This document shows positions 1-15,110 of a DNA stretch of 64,000 bases, piece by piece; positions within the stretch are counted from its first letter, which is position 1; every line of letters starts with the position of its first letter. The position numbers and the translations under genes are program-made. The DNA comes from Sphyrna mokarran (lineage: Eukaryota). The stretch spans positions 17,360,001 through 17,424,000 of the forward strand of contig JAGIQG010000028.1 of the NCBI GenBank assembly GCA_024679065.1. The letters are read 5' to 3'. The notes beneath the pieces are model-generated. The model worked only from the letters and a program-made list of their open reading frames with translations. It was not told the origin of the DNA and made no database searches.

Positions 1-3000
1 TGCACGCCCTGACCCAGATTCTTGCACCCTCTGAGTCCAACTCCGGGACACTCTGACCCCAACTCTTGCACCTCTGACCCCGACTCTTGCACACTCTGAC
101 CCTGATTCCCACATACTCTGACCCAGAATCTTGCACACTCTGACCTGATCCCAGCACACTCTGACCCAGACTCTCACATATTCTGATGCAGAATCCCACG
201 CGTTCTGACCATGAACCCGCACACTCTGACCCTGACTCCCACACATGCTGACCCAGACTCCCACACACTCTGACTTCCGGATATCCTAACACTGACTCTT
301 GCACATTCTGACACTGACTCTCGCACACTCTGATCCCGACTCCAAACTATTTTGAACCTGATATTGACACACCCTGAGCCGGATTCTAACACATTTTGAC
401 CCCAACTCACAGACACTCTGACCCATGACTGCCACACAGTCTGACCCCAACACTCGCTCACTCTGAGCCCAACTCCTGCATACTCTGACTCTGACTCTCG
501 CACACTCTAACCCCGACTCCTGCACACAATGATCCCAATGGGTGCACGTGCTGACACCGGCTCCTGCACATTCTGACCCCAGCTCCTACACACTCCCACC
601 CTGAGTCTCACATACTTTGACCCTGACTCTCACACACTCTGACCCTGACACCCACACACTCTGGGCCTGACTCTCACACATTCTGACCCTGACTCCTGCA
701 CATTCTGACCCCGATTTCCACACCTTATGATCCCGACTCTCGTACACTATGACCATGACTCCTGCACACTATGACCCCGAATCACAAACACTCTGACCCC
801 GACTCCTGCATACTTTGTTCCTGGCTCTTGCAAACTCTGATCCTGACTCCTGCACACTCTAACCCTGATTCCCAACAACATTAACCCTGATACCCACACA
901 CTCTGATTCGGATTCTTACACATTTTGATCCCAATTCCTGCACGCTCTGACCCCTGACTCCCGCACATTCTGACCACAACTCCCACTCTCTCTGAGCCTC
1001 TGACCCTGACTCCAGCACACTCTGACCCCGATTCCCGCATGCTCTGACCCCGACACCGCCACACTCTGACCCTCACTCCCCCACACTCTGACCCCAACTC
1101 CCCCACACTCTGACTTCGATTCCCGTACACTTTGACCCTGACTCTCACATACTCTGACCCTGAATCCCACATCCTCTTACCCCGACTCCCGCATACTCTG
1201 ACCCTGACTCCCCCACACTCTGACCACAACTCTTGCACACTCTGACCCTAACTCTCGCACACTCTGAGCCCGACTCCTGCACAATCTGACCCGACTCTTG
1301 GACACTCTGACCCCAACTCTCACACTCTCTGACCCCGACTCCTATACAGTCTGACTCAACTCTTGCACATTCTGACCCTGACTACTGCACAGTCTGACTC
1401 GACTCTTGCACACTCTGACCCCGACTCCTGCAAACTATAACCCCGATCCTCACACACTCTGACCCGGACTCTCGCACATGCTGACCCCAACTCCTGGATT
1501 CTCTAACCCTGACTCTTGCATACTCTGAACCCAATTCCCGCATACTCTGACCCTGACTCCACATGCTCTGACCCCACATCCCGCACACTCTGACCCTGAC
1601 TCTAGCACATTCTGACCCTGACTCCCACACTCCCCAACTCCCACACACTCTGACCCCTGACTCCCGCACACTCTGATCTCGACTCCCCTACACTCTGACC
1701 CCGATTCTCCCACACTTGACCCCAACTTCTGCACAGTCTGACATCGAATTTCGCACACTGACTCCTGATTCATGCACACTCTGATCTTGAGTCGCACACT
1801 CTGATCCCCCCAACTTACACACACTCTGACCTAGGCTGCCGCATACTCTGACTCAGACTCTCATGCACTCAGAACCAGATTCCTGCACACAATTTGACCT
1901 CAACTCCCACACACTCTGACTTCAAATCCCACACACTCTGACCCAGATTCCAGCACACTCTACCCTGACTCCAGCACACTCTGACCCCGACTCCTACACA
2001 CTCTGGCTCAGGCTCTTGAATATTCTGACCCAGACTCCAGCACACACTACCCTGATTCCAGCTCACTCTGATCCGGACTCCGGCACACTCTGAACCCAAC
2101 TCCCCCACACTCTGACCCCGACTCCTGCACAATCTGAGCCAATTTCCGCACACTCTGACCCTGCCTCCCTTGTTTTCTGAGCCCAGCTCCCGCACACTCC
2201 GCACACTCTGAGCTCAACTCCAGTATACTCTGTCACAGACTGTTGTGGAGTCTGATCTGACATTCGTGCACTCTGATCCCGACTCTAGTGCACTTTTTCT
2301 CTGACTCTAGCACTCTCTGATCCTCACTTCCTTGCTCTCTCATCCCGACTCCCGTATACTCTCAGCCTCACTCCGAGGCTCATTCTGAGCCTGGTTCATG
2401 CACACTCTGACCCCAACTCCTGCACCCTCTTACCCTGACTCCCGCACACTCTGAGCCCGACTCCTGCACCCTCTGACTCAGACTCCCACACACTCTGAGT
2501 CTGACTCCTCTACACGCTGACCGCGACTCCCAAACACTCACATCCCGACTCTCAATAACTCGGACCCAACTCCCGCACACTCTGACCCCGACTCCTGCAC
2601 ACTCTAACCGCGACTCCCGCACACTCTGACCCTGACTCCTGCACACTCTGAGCCCGACTCCCGAACACTCTGACCCAGACTTCCGCACACTCTGATCACG
2701 ACTCCTGCACATTCTGAGCCCGACTCCCGCACACTCTGAGCCCGACTCCCGCACACTCTGATCCCAACTCCCGAACACTCTGACCCAGACTCCTGGACAC
2801 TCTTACCCAGACTCCCGAACACTCTGACCCAGACTTCCACACAATCTGATCACGATTCCAGCACATTCTGACCCCGACTCCCGCACACTCTGACCCTGAT
2901 TTCTACTCACTCCAACTTCGTGTCCTGCTCAATCTGACCCAGACTCCCGCACAATCTGAGCCTGACTCCTGCACAGTCTGACCCCGACTGCCACTCACTC

Positions 3001-6000
3001 TGACCCTGACTCCCGCACACTTTGAGTCTGACTCCTGCTCATTCTGAGCCCAACTCCACTCACTCTGACCCAGACTCCTGCTCACTCTGACCCAGACTCC
3101 CGCTCACTCTGACACAGACACCCGCTCACTCTACTCCTGCTCACTCTGATCCAGACTCCCGCTCACTCTGACCCAGACTCCCGCTCACTCTGACCCAGAC
3201 TCTTGCTCACTCTGACCCAGACACCTGCTCACTCTGAACCTCATTTCCACTCACTCTGACCCAGACTTCCACTCATTCTGACCCTGATTCCCACTCACTC
3301 TGACCAAGACTCCTACACTGCTGATTCCGACTCCTGCACTTTCTGACCCTAACTCCTGCACAATCTGAGCCTGACTCCTGCACATTCTAACTCAGATGCC
3401 TGTTCACTCTGACTCTGACTCTTACACATGCCGATCCTGACTCTCGCTCACAGTGACCCTGACTCCCGCATAATCTGAGCCTGACTCTGGCTCACTCTGA
3501 CCCAGGCATCCGCTCACTCTGACCCAGATTCCCACTCACTCTGACACAGGCACCTGCTCACTCTGATCCAGACTCCTACACTACTGATCCCGACTCATGC
3601 ACATTCTGATCCTGACTCCTGCACATTCTGAGCTCGATTCCTGCACATTCTAATCCCAACTCCCACACACTCTGACTGCGACTCCTGCATACTCTGTTGC
3701 AGACTACTGTGCCATCTGATCACACTCTCGCATACTCCTGTGCAGTCTGACTGTGACCCCCATGCACTCTGACCCCGACTCCCTGCATGCTGACCCCAAC
3801 TCCGCAAAACACTAATCCTGACTCCTGCACACTCTGAACCTGACTCCCGCACACTATAGTCCTAGTCCCGATTCTCGCACAGACTAATCCCAGCTCCTGC
3901 ACACTCTGAAATAGACACAGTCTGACTGCAACTCCTGCATAGTCTGTTGCAGACTACTGTCCATCTGATCCCAGCTCCCACACATTGTGATCCTGGCTCC
4001 GCAGACTCTGAAACAGTCTTCGCACACTCTTGACTCCAACTCCCACACGCTAAGACACAGTCTTTTGCACACTCTGATCCCGATTCCTGCACATTCTGAA
4101 ACAGTCTTCGCACACTCCGAACCCGACTTCCACACACTCTATCAGTCATCTGCGCACTCTTACCCTGGCACCTACATGCTTTGATACAGACTTCTGTGCA
4201 CTCTGACTCCGGTACTCGCGCACTCAGGCACAGACTCCTGCACACTGACCTCGACTCCTGCACATTCTGATCCCGAGTCCTGCACACTCTGAAATAGATT
4301 CCCACACACTCTGATCCCGGCACCCACACATGCTGACAGCAAGTCTTGCACAGTCTGACCCTGGCTTCAGTGCTCCTTGACCCTGAAATCCATGCACTCT
4401 GAAACAGACCGTGCATCCTCAAACCCTGCACACTTTGACCCTGAATCCGTGCGCTTTGAAACAGGCTCCCTCATTCTCTGACCCCGACACCCATACAATC
4501 TGATCCCGCCTGCCGCAGACTCTGACACAGCATTCAGCGAACTCTGACACAGACTCTCACACACTCTGACACAGACTCTCACACACTCTGACACAAACTC
4601 CCACACACTCTGACAGACTCCCACGCACCCTGACACAGACTCCCATACACTCTAACACTGATGACCGCACACTCTGTCTCTGACCGTGCATTATCTGACC
4701 CTGACAGCTAGTCCTGCACATTCTGATCTTGGCTTCTTTGCTGTCTGACTCTGACTTCCATATACTCTGAAACAGACTCCCGTATACTCAGGCCCTGCAC
4801 ACTATAACCTCGACTCCTGCGCAATCTGATTCCGACTCATATGCACTCTGACACAGACTCTTGACGCCCGCGCACTGTGATAGACAATCCCGCATACTCT
4901 GATGCACAGTCCCATGTACTCTGATACACACTCCCGCACATTCTGATACAGACTCCCGCACACTCTGATGCACGTACGTTCCTGTACACTGACAGACTCC
5001 CCTGCACTCTGATGCAACTCCTGTGCACTCTGACACAGATTGTCGCACACTCTGATACACACTCTAATGCACTCTGACCCCTGACTCCCGCACATTCTGA
5101 CGCAGATTCCTGCGCACTCTGACACAGACTCCCTCACATTCTGACACAGATTCCCGTGCACCCTGATACTCATTCCTGCACACTGACACAGACTCCCGCG
5201 CGCTCTGACACAGATTCCCACGTGCTCTGATGCAGACTCCCATGCACTCTGACGCAGATTCCACTACACTCTGACATAGACTCCCATGCACTCTAACACA
5301 GACTCCCACGCACACTGATGCAACTCCTGTGCATTCTGACACAGATTTCCTTGCACTCTGATACAGACTTCCATACACTCCGACACAGAATCACTTGCAC
5401 TTTGATACAGGCTCCCATGCACTCTGACCCTCAATTACTGTGCACTCTGACACATCCACCCGCACACTCTGACATACACTCCTGCTCACTCTGACACAGA
5501 CCCCTAAGCACCCTGACGCTAACTCGCGCACACTCTGACACAGACACCTGCGCACTATGACACACTCCCATGCACTCTGACACACAGTCGTGCATAATCT
5601 GACATAGACTCCCGCACGACTCCTGTGCACTCTGATACACAGTCGTGTGCACTCCAAGACAGATTCCCTGCACTCTGTCATAGACCTCCACGCTCTCTGA
5701 CACAGACACCAGCGCACTCTGATGCAACACCTGTGCACTCTAATGCAGATTCCCATGCACTCTGACGCAGACTTCACCGCACTTTGACAAAACTCCCACG
5801 TACTCCCGCATGCTCTGATGCAGACTCCCATGCACTCTGACACAGACTCCCACGCACTCTGACACAGACACCCACGCATTCTTACACAGACTCCAGCACA
5901 CAATGAACCACACTCCCGTTGACTTGGCACACATTCCCGCGCACTCTGACACATAGTCTCACATACTTTAACACACAGTCCTGTGCATTCTAACACACAG

Positions 6001-9000
6001 TCCCGGGCACTCTGACATAGACTCCCGCACACTAAGACGCAGACTCTCTTGCACTCTGATGCAGACTCCCTCGCACTCTGACGCTGTCTCCCTCGCACTC
6101 TGACGCAGACTCCCTCGCACTCTGACGCAGACTCCCTCGCACTCTGACGCAGACTCCCTCGCACTCTGACGCAGACTCCCTCGCACTCTGATGCAGACTC
6201 CCTCGCACTCTGACGCAGACTCCCATGCACTCCGACTCAAAATCCGTTGTACTCTGACACAGAACCCCCACACCTGACATACACTCCTGTGTACTTTGAC
6301 CTCCGACTCCCGCATGCTCTGATATAGACTCCCATGCACTCAGACCCCAGCACCTGTACGCTCTGACAGAGACTCCCGCACAGTCTGACCTTAACTGCTG
6401 CACACTCTGAAACAGACTCCTGCGCTCTGACCCCAGCTCCCACATATTCAGACAGCAATGCCTACGCATGCTGACCCTGCCCCCACCACCGCCCCTCCCA
6501 CCACCCCCTGCTCTCTCAGCCTGGCTCCTGCACTATCTGACCCCAACTCCTATACACTCTGTCACAGAGTCCTGTGCAGTCAGATCTGACTTTCACATAT
6601 TCTGACCCCAATTCCAGTGTGCTCCAACCCTGACTCTAGCACATTCTGACCCCGACTCCCTTGCTCTCTCACCTTGACTACCACATACTCTGAGCCTGAC
6701 TTCCTCATATTCTTAAGCAGACTCCCGTAACTCTGAGCCTCACTCCCACACACTCTGACTCCGACTCCTACATACTCTGACCTTGGCTCCCGCACATTCT
6801 GACTCCAACTCCTGTACACTTTGAAATAGACACCCGTATACTCTGACCCTGACTCCTGCACACTCTGACCCCGACTTCCGCACACACTGACTTCGGCTCC
6901 CGCACACTCTGACCCCGGCACCCACACACTCTGACCCCCAACTCGTGCACACTCTGAAACAGTTTCCCTCACACTCTGAAACAGTTTCCCGCATACTCTG
7001 ACCCCGACTTCCGCACCTTTTGATATAGCTTTCTGCATACTCTGACTCTGGCACCCGCACGCTCTGACACAAACTCCTGCACACTGTGACCCCGACTCCT
7101 GCACATTCTGACCCCGTGTCCTGCACAGTCTGAAACAGACTCCTGCACGCTTTGCAACAGACTCCCACACACTCTGATCCCGGCACCTACTCCTGCACGT
7201 GCTGACAGCAAGTCCTGTACATTCTGACCCTGGCTCCTGTGCTCTCTGACGCTGAAATCCATACACTCTGAAATAGACCGCGCAGACTCAGACCCTGCAT
7301 ACTTTAACCCAACTCTGTGCACTCTGAAACAGATTCCATCCTCTCTGACCCCAATACCCATACAATCTGATTCTGACTGCTGCACATTCTGACACAGACT
7401 TCAGCGATCTCTGACACAGATTCCTGCACAGTCTGACCTCAACTCCTGCGCATTTTGACACAGACTTCAGTGAACTCAGCCAGAGTCCCCACACTCCAAC
7501 ACAGACTCCTATGCATTTTGACACAGACTCCCACATACTCTGACACAAACTTCCACACACTCTGACACAGACTCCTGCACACATTGAACCAGACACCTGC
7601 ACGCACTCTGAATCAGAAACCTGCACACTCTGACCCTGGCACACGCACGTGCTGACAGTAAGTCCTGCACACTCTGGCCCTGGCTCTGATGCTTTCTGGC
7701 CCCGCATACTCTGTAACAGAATCCTGCATACTCTGCCTCTGACCCTGCGTTCTCTGACCCTTCACCCATACATGGTGACAGCTAGTCTGACAGTGGTTCC
7801 TTTGCTCTCTGATCCTGACTCCTGTACATTCTGAGACAGACTCCTGCATACTCAAAACCTGCGCATCTGACCCTGACTCCTGCGCACTCTGACCCCGACT
7901 CCTATGTACTCTGATCCCGACTCCTGTGCACTCTGACACAGAGTCCGTGAACTCTGACAGACTGCCATACACTCTAACCCTAACTCCTACACATTCTGAT
8001 CCCGAGTCCTGCACACTCTGAAATAGATTCCCATACACTCTAATCCCAGCAGCCACACATGCTGACAGCAAATCTTGCACATTCTGACCCTGGCTTCAGT
8101 GCTCTCTACCTCCAAATCTATATACTCTGAAACAGACCGCACACACTCAGATCCTGCACACTTTGACCCCGACTCCATGTGCTCTGAAACAGATTCCCTC
8201 GCTCTCTGACCCCGACACCCATACAATCTGATTAAGACTGCCGCAGATTCTGACGCAGCCTCCCGCACACTCTGACGCAGACTCCCGCACACTCTGACAC
8301 AGACTCCCGCACACTCTGACACAGACTCCCGCACATTCTGAACCAGACACCTGCATACTCTGAACCAGACGCCTGCACACTCTGACCCTGGCACACGCAC
8401 GTGCTCACAGCAAGTCCTGCACACTCTGGCCCTGGCTCTGTTGCTTTCTGGTCTCGCATATTCTGTAACAGACTCCTGCACACTCTGCCTCTGACCCTGT
8501 GTTCTCTGACCCTGCACCCATACATGGTGACAGCTAGTCTGACAGTGGTTCCTTTGCTCTCTGATCCTGACTCCTGTACACTCGGAAACAGACTCCTGCA
8601 TACTCAGACTCTGCACATCTGACCCCGACTCCTGTGCACTCTGACCCCGACTCCTATGTACTCTGACCTCGACTCTTGTGCACTCTGACACATAGTCCAT
8701 GAACTCCAACAGACTCCCATGCATTCTAACCCTAACTCCTCTGATCCCGAGTCCTGCACACTCTGAAATAGATTCCTATGCTCTCTAATCCCAGCAGCCG
8801 CACATGCTGACAGCAAATCTTGCACAATCTGACCCTGGCTTCAGTGCTCTCTGACGTTGAAATCCATATACTCTGAAACAGACTGCACACACTCAGATCC
8901 TGCACACTTTGACCCCGACTCTGTGCGCTGTGAAACAGACTCCCTCGCTCTCTGACCCCGACACCCATGCAATCTGATCCTGACTGCCGCAGACTCTGAC

Positions 9001-9390
9001 ACAGACTCCCACACGCTCTGACACAGACTCCTATACACTCTAGCACAAACTCCCACACACTCTAACACAGACTCCCATGCACTCTGACACAGACTCCTGC
9101 ACATTCTGACATAGTCTGTGATACAGACTCCTGTCCAATCTAACCCCGATTTCCGCACACTCTGATACAGACTCCCATACACTCTGACACAAATGACCGC
9201 ACACTCTGTAACAAACTCCTGCACATTCTGCCTCTGACTGTGCGTTCTCTGACTCCGCACCCATACATGGTGACAGCTATTCCTGCCCATTCTGACCCTG
9301 GTTCCTTTGCTCTCTGACCCTCACTCCCGTACACTCTGAAACAGACTCCTGTATGCTCACACCTGCAAACTGTGACCCTGACTCCCGCGC
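1..9390. repeat. Degenerate 22-bp tandem repeat (satellite/minisatellite). CCC/CCT/CCA-slot units dominate to about 4.5 kb; ACA/GCA and mixed units follow
   Basis: Continuous units such as cacactctgaccccgactcccg and gcactctgacacagactcccgt with about 22-nt period; array extends beyond the window start. Confidence 0.97.
6053..6230. repeat. Homogeneous run of about 8 near-identical 22-mers (ctctgacgcagactccctcgca)
   Basis: Directly visible near-perfect tandem copies, unlike the diverged flanks. Confidence 0.9.
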
Positions 9391-10118
9391 ATAGAACATA
9401 GAACATAGAACATTACAGCGCAGAACAGGCCCTTTGGCCCTCGATGTTGCGCCGACCAATTAGGAACAAGCAGTGACCCTCCAACCTAAACCATTCCCTT
9501 TTCATCCATAAACTTATCTACTAACCTCTTAAACGCCACCAAACTTGGTGCATCTACAACTGACGCAGACAAGGCATTCCATATCCTTACCACCCTCTGG
9601 GTAAAGAACTTACCTCTGACATCTGTCCTAAAACCACCACCCCTTAATTTAAAGCTATGTCCCCTCGTGCTAGCTTTCTCCATCCTAGGAAAAAGGCTAT
9701 CACTGTCCACCCTATCTAAACATCTAATCATCTTATATGTTTCAATAAGGTCTCCTCTTAGCCGCCTTCTTTCTAACGAAAACAACCTCAAATCCCTCAG
9801 CCTCTCTTCATAAGACCTGCCCTCCATACCAGGCAACATCCTGGTAAACCTCCTCTGTACCCTCTCCAATGCCTCCACATCTTTCTTATAATGCTGGGGA
9901 CCAGAACTGCACACAATACTCCAAGTGAGGCCGCACTAGAGTTTTGTAAAGTTGCAACATGACGTTGCAGCTCCGAAATTCAATCCCCCTACCAATAAAA
10001 GCTAAGACTCTGTATGCCTTCTTAACAACCTTATCGACTTGATTGCCAACTTTCAGGGATCTATGCACACATACACCAAGATCCCTCTGTTCATCAACAC
10101 TATTAAGAGTCCTACCAA
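9391..10118 (-). mobile_element. 5'-truncated CR1-clade LINE (ORF2 C-terminus plus 3' UTR), frameshifted
   Basis: ORFs 9886-10068 and 9486-9914 give LYKTLVRPHLEYCVQFWSP and LERVQRRFTRMLPG...SLERRRLRGDLIETYK...FFTQRVV..WNAL; (agaacat)n tail at 9391-9413; possible GCGCA target duplication at 9387-9391 and 10119-10123. Confidence 0.93.
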
Positions 10119-10701
10119 GCGCAATCTAACTCCGACTCCTATGCACTCTGACACAGATTCCTGCAACTCCAACAGACTCCCACGCACTCTGATCCCAACT
10201 CCCATACATTTGAGCCCAATTCCTGCACAATCTGACACTGACTCCTGCACACTGCAACTCTGATCCTGCAAACTGGGACACAGACTACCCCACCCACTTT
10301 GACCCTGATTCCTACACTCACTGAGGCCGATTCCCGCATACACTGACCCTGACTCCTGCACACACTGACCCTGACTCCCGTACACTCTGAAACAGGTTCC
10401 CGTACACTCTGATCCTGACGCCCTCACACTCTGACACAGATTCCTACACATTCTGACCCCGACTCCCGCACATACTGACAGCGAGTTTAACAAAGTCTGG
10501 TCCTAGCTCTCCTGCTTTCTGACCCTGACACCCTTACCCTCTGAAACAGATTCTTGTAGACTCAGACCATGCACACTCCTACTCCCGCACAGTCTGACCC
10601 CGACGCCTGTATATTCAACACAGACTTCTATGCAGTCTGGTCCGACTCTTGCACTCTGACGCAGACTCCTGCATACTTTGACCCAAATCCCCGCACACTC
10701 T

Positions 10702-10845
10702 GAGGAATACGGTCCCCAGAAGGGTGGAGGGTTTTAATTAATTGGGCAGCATGGCTATTTTAATTCAATTGGGCAGCACGGTCAGTGCAGGCTTGGAGGA
10801 CCGAAGGGCCTGTTCCTGTACTGTATTTTTCTTTGTCCTTTGTTC
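10702..10845 (+). mobile_element. Short 3'-end fragment of a CR1-type LINE (or related SINE tail)
   Basis: ggtgcaggcttggagg-ccgaagggcctgttcctgtactgta...ttctttgt-type 3' terminus, homologous to 34950-35065; internal duplication of ttttaatt(c)aattgggcagca. Confidence 0.75.
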
Positions 10846-13800
10846 CTGCGCACTCTGACACAGACTCCCAAGCACTGACACACATACTCCTGCACACTAT
10901 GACTCACAATCCTGTCCTCTCTTACACACACTCACATGTACTCTGACACAGACTTCATCACACTCTGACACAGACTCCCCTGCACTCTGACTCAGATGCC
11001 TGTGCATTCTGACCCCTGACTCCCACGCACTCTGACTCATAATCCTGCGCACTCTGACACAGATTCCCGCGCGCTCTGACCCTAACTCCCGTGCACTCTG
11101 ATACACACTCTCGTACACTCTGATACAGACTTCTGCACATTCTCACACATACTCCTGAACACTCTGACACATACTCCTGTATACTGACACAGACTCCCCT
11201 GCACTCTGATGCAACTCCTATGCACTCTGTCCCCAAATCCTACGCATTCTGACACAGATTCCTGCGTACTCCGACACTCCCTCGCACTCTGACACTCATT
11301 ACTGCACACTCTGACACAGGCTCCCATGCACTCTGACACAGAATCCCGAACATTCTGATGCAACTCCCGCGCACTCTAACACAGACTCCCACACATTCTA
11401 ATGCAATGCCCGAGCACTCTGATGCAGACTCCCATGCACTCTGACACAGACTCCACTACACTCTGACATAGACTACCATGCACTCTAACACAGGCTCCTA
11501 CATAAACTGATGCAACTCCCGCGCACCCTGACATAGATTTCCTCGCACTCTGACACAGACTCCTGTGCACTCTGACCCCCAATTCTAACACACTCTGACA
11601 CACCTACCCGCACACTCTGACATATACTCCTGTACACTCTGATACACAGTCGCGTGCAATCTGACACAGACTCCCGCACACTGTTTCACAGATTCCTGTG
11701 CACTCTGATCCCCGACTCCTGCTCACTCTGATACACAGTTGTGTGCACTCTGACACAGACTCCCATGCTCACTGACACAGATTCCCCGCACTCTGTCACA
11801 GACCCCCAAGTCTCGCACGCTCTGATACAGACTACTATGCACTCAGACCCTGTCACGTGTATGCTCTGACACAGACTCCAGTGCACTCTGACAGAGACTC
11901 CCGCACAGTCTGACCTTAACTGCTGCACACTCTGAAACAGATTCCTGTGCTCTGACCCCAGCTCCCGCACACTCAGACAGCAGTGCCTATGCACGCTGAC
12001 CCTGCCTCCCCTGTTCTCTGAGCCTGGCTCCCTGCACAATCTGACCCCAACTCCTGCACACTCTGTCATAGAGTCCTGTGCAGTCAGTTCCGACTTTCGC
12101 ACATTTTGATCGCGACTCTAGCACACTCTGATCCCGACTCCCTTGCTATCTCACCCTGATTACCACATACTCTGAGCCTGACTTCTGCATATTCTTAAGC
12201 AGACTCCCGTACGTTCTGAGCCTCACTCCGATATACTCTGACCCCGACTCCTATATACTCTGACCTCAGGTCCCATACATTCTGACCCCAGGTCCTGCAC
12301 AGTCTGACATAGACTCCTGAACACTCTTACCCTGGCACCCACATGCTCTGATGGAAACTCACATGCACTCTGACCCTGGCACCCGCATGCTCTGACGCAG
12401 ACTCCTGCACACTCTGACCCCAACTTCCACACACTCTGACCTTGGCTCCCGCATACTCTAACCCTCACACTCCCTCACACTCTGAAACAGTTTCCCGCAT
12501 ACTCTGACACCTACTTTCGCACTTTGACATAGCCTCCTGCACACTCTGACCCTGGTACCCGCACGCTCTGACACAGACTCCTGCACACTGTGACCCCGAC
12601 TCCTGCACATTCTGACCCTGAGTCCTGCACACTCTGAAACGGACTCCCACACACTCTGATCCCGGCACCTGCACATGCTGACAACAAGTCCTGTACACTC
12701 TCACCCTGGCTCCGGTGCTCTCTGACCCCGAAATACATATACTCTGAAACAGACTGCGCGCACTCAGACCCTGCATACTTTGACCCAACTCTGTGCACTC
12801 TGAAACAGATTTCCGTGCTCTCTGACCCCGATACCCATACAATCTGACCCTGACTGCTGCACACTCTGATAGAGACTTCAGCAAACTCTGACACAGGCTC
12901 CTGCACAGTCTGACCTCAACTCCTGTGCATTTTGACACAGACTTCAGCGAACTCTGATAGAGTCCCCCACACTCTGACATAGACTCCCATGCACTCTGAC
13001 ACAGACTCCATTGCACTCTAACACAGATTCCCGTGCACTTTGACACAAACTCCCGTGCACTTTGACACAGACTCCTGTGCACTCTGAACCCTGACTCCCG
13101 CGCAATCTGAACCCTGACTCCCGCGCAATCTGTCACCCACACTTCCATGCACTCTGACACACACTCCTCCGCACTCGAACACAGACTCATATGCACTCTG
13201 ATACAGACTCCCATGCACTCTGACCCCTGACTCCCATGCACTCTGACACATACTCCCAAGTACTCTAACACACACTCCTGTGCACTCTGACACACACTCC
13301 TGCACACTCAGACACAGACTCCCATGCACCCTGGCACAGACTCCTGCATGCTCTGACATATACTCCCCTACACTGGGGCACAGACTCCCACATACTCAGA
13401 CGCAGACTCCTGCGCATGCTGATGCAACACCCACGCATTCTAATGCAGACTCCCATGCATTCTGACGCAGACTCCCCCCACACTGACACAGACTCCTGTG
13501 CACTGTAACACAGACTCCCATGCACTTTGACACAGACTCCTGTGCACTCTGACTCCTGATTCCCACGCACTCTGACACACACTCCCACACACTCTGACAT
13601 ACATCCCCATGCATTCTGACACACACTCCTGAGCACACTGACACAAACTCCTGTGCACTCAGACACATACTGCTGCACAGCCTGCCATACACTCCATCAC
13701 ACTCTGACACAGAGTCCATGCACTCTGACACACACTCCTGTGCACTCTACACAGACTCCACTGCTGTCTGACACAAACTCCTCTCACACTCTGACATATA

Positions 13801-15110
13801 CTCCCCTGCACTGTGTCACAGACTCCCACGCACTGACACAGGCTCCCTTACATGCTGATGCAACTTCCGCGCACTCAGATGCAGACTCCCTCTTACTCTG
13901 ACACAGACTCTTGTGCACTTTGACACAGACTCCCGTGCACTTTGACACAGACTCCTGTGCATTCCCCGACTTCCACACACTCTGACCTCGGCTCCCGCAC
14001 ACTCTAACCCTCATACTCCCTCACACTCCGAAACAGTTTTCTGCATACTCTGACACCGACTTCTGCACACTTTGACATAGCCTCCTGCACACTCTGACCC
14101 CGGTACCCGCATGCTTTGACACAGACTCCTGCACACTGTCACGCCGACTTCTGCACATTCTGACCCCGAGTCCTGTACACTCTGAAACAGACTCTTGCAC
14201 ACTTTGCAACAGACTCCCACACACTCTGATCCCGGCACCCGCACATGCTGACAAGTCCTGTACACTCTGACCCTGGCTCCCGTGCACTCTGACCCCTGAC
14301 TCCCATGCACTCAGACACACACTCCCATGCATTCTGACACACACTCTTGCGCACTCTGACACATACTCTCGCACACTCTGACACAGACTCCTGCACATTC
14401 TGACACACACTCTTGCGCACTCTAACACAGACTCCTCTTGCACTCTGACATATACTCCCCTGCACTGTGACACAGACTTCCATGTGTCCTGACACAGACT
14501 CCTGTTCATGCTACTGAAACTCCTGCGCACTCTAACACAGACTCCGTGCATTCAGACACAGATTCCCATGTATTCTGATGCAAACTCTCCTCTACTCAGA
14601 CGCAGACTCCCATGCACTCTGATGCAGACTCCTCTCCACTCTGATACAGACTCCCATGCACTCTGACACAGACTCCCGTGTACTCTGACCCCCAACTCCC
14701 ATGCATTCTGACACATACTCCTGCGCACTCTGACACAGACTTCACTGCTGTCTGACACAGACTCCCCTCACAGTTTGACATATACTCTTCTGTACTGTGA
14801 CATAGACTCCCGTGCGTACTGATGCAACTCCTGCGCACTCAGATGCAGACTCCCGCACACTCTGACACACTCCAGTGCACTTGGACAGACTCCCTCGCAC
14901 TCTGATACACACTCCTGCACACACTGATATATACTCCCGTGCACTATGAGACACATTCCCATGCAATCTCAACACACACTCCTGCGCATTCTGACACACA
15001 CTCTTGTGCACTCTGAACACACACTCCCACACGTTCTGACACAGACTCCCATGCACTCTGACCCCCGACTCCTGTGCACTCTGACACACACTCCTGTGCA
15101 CTCTGATATA

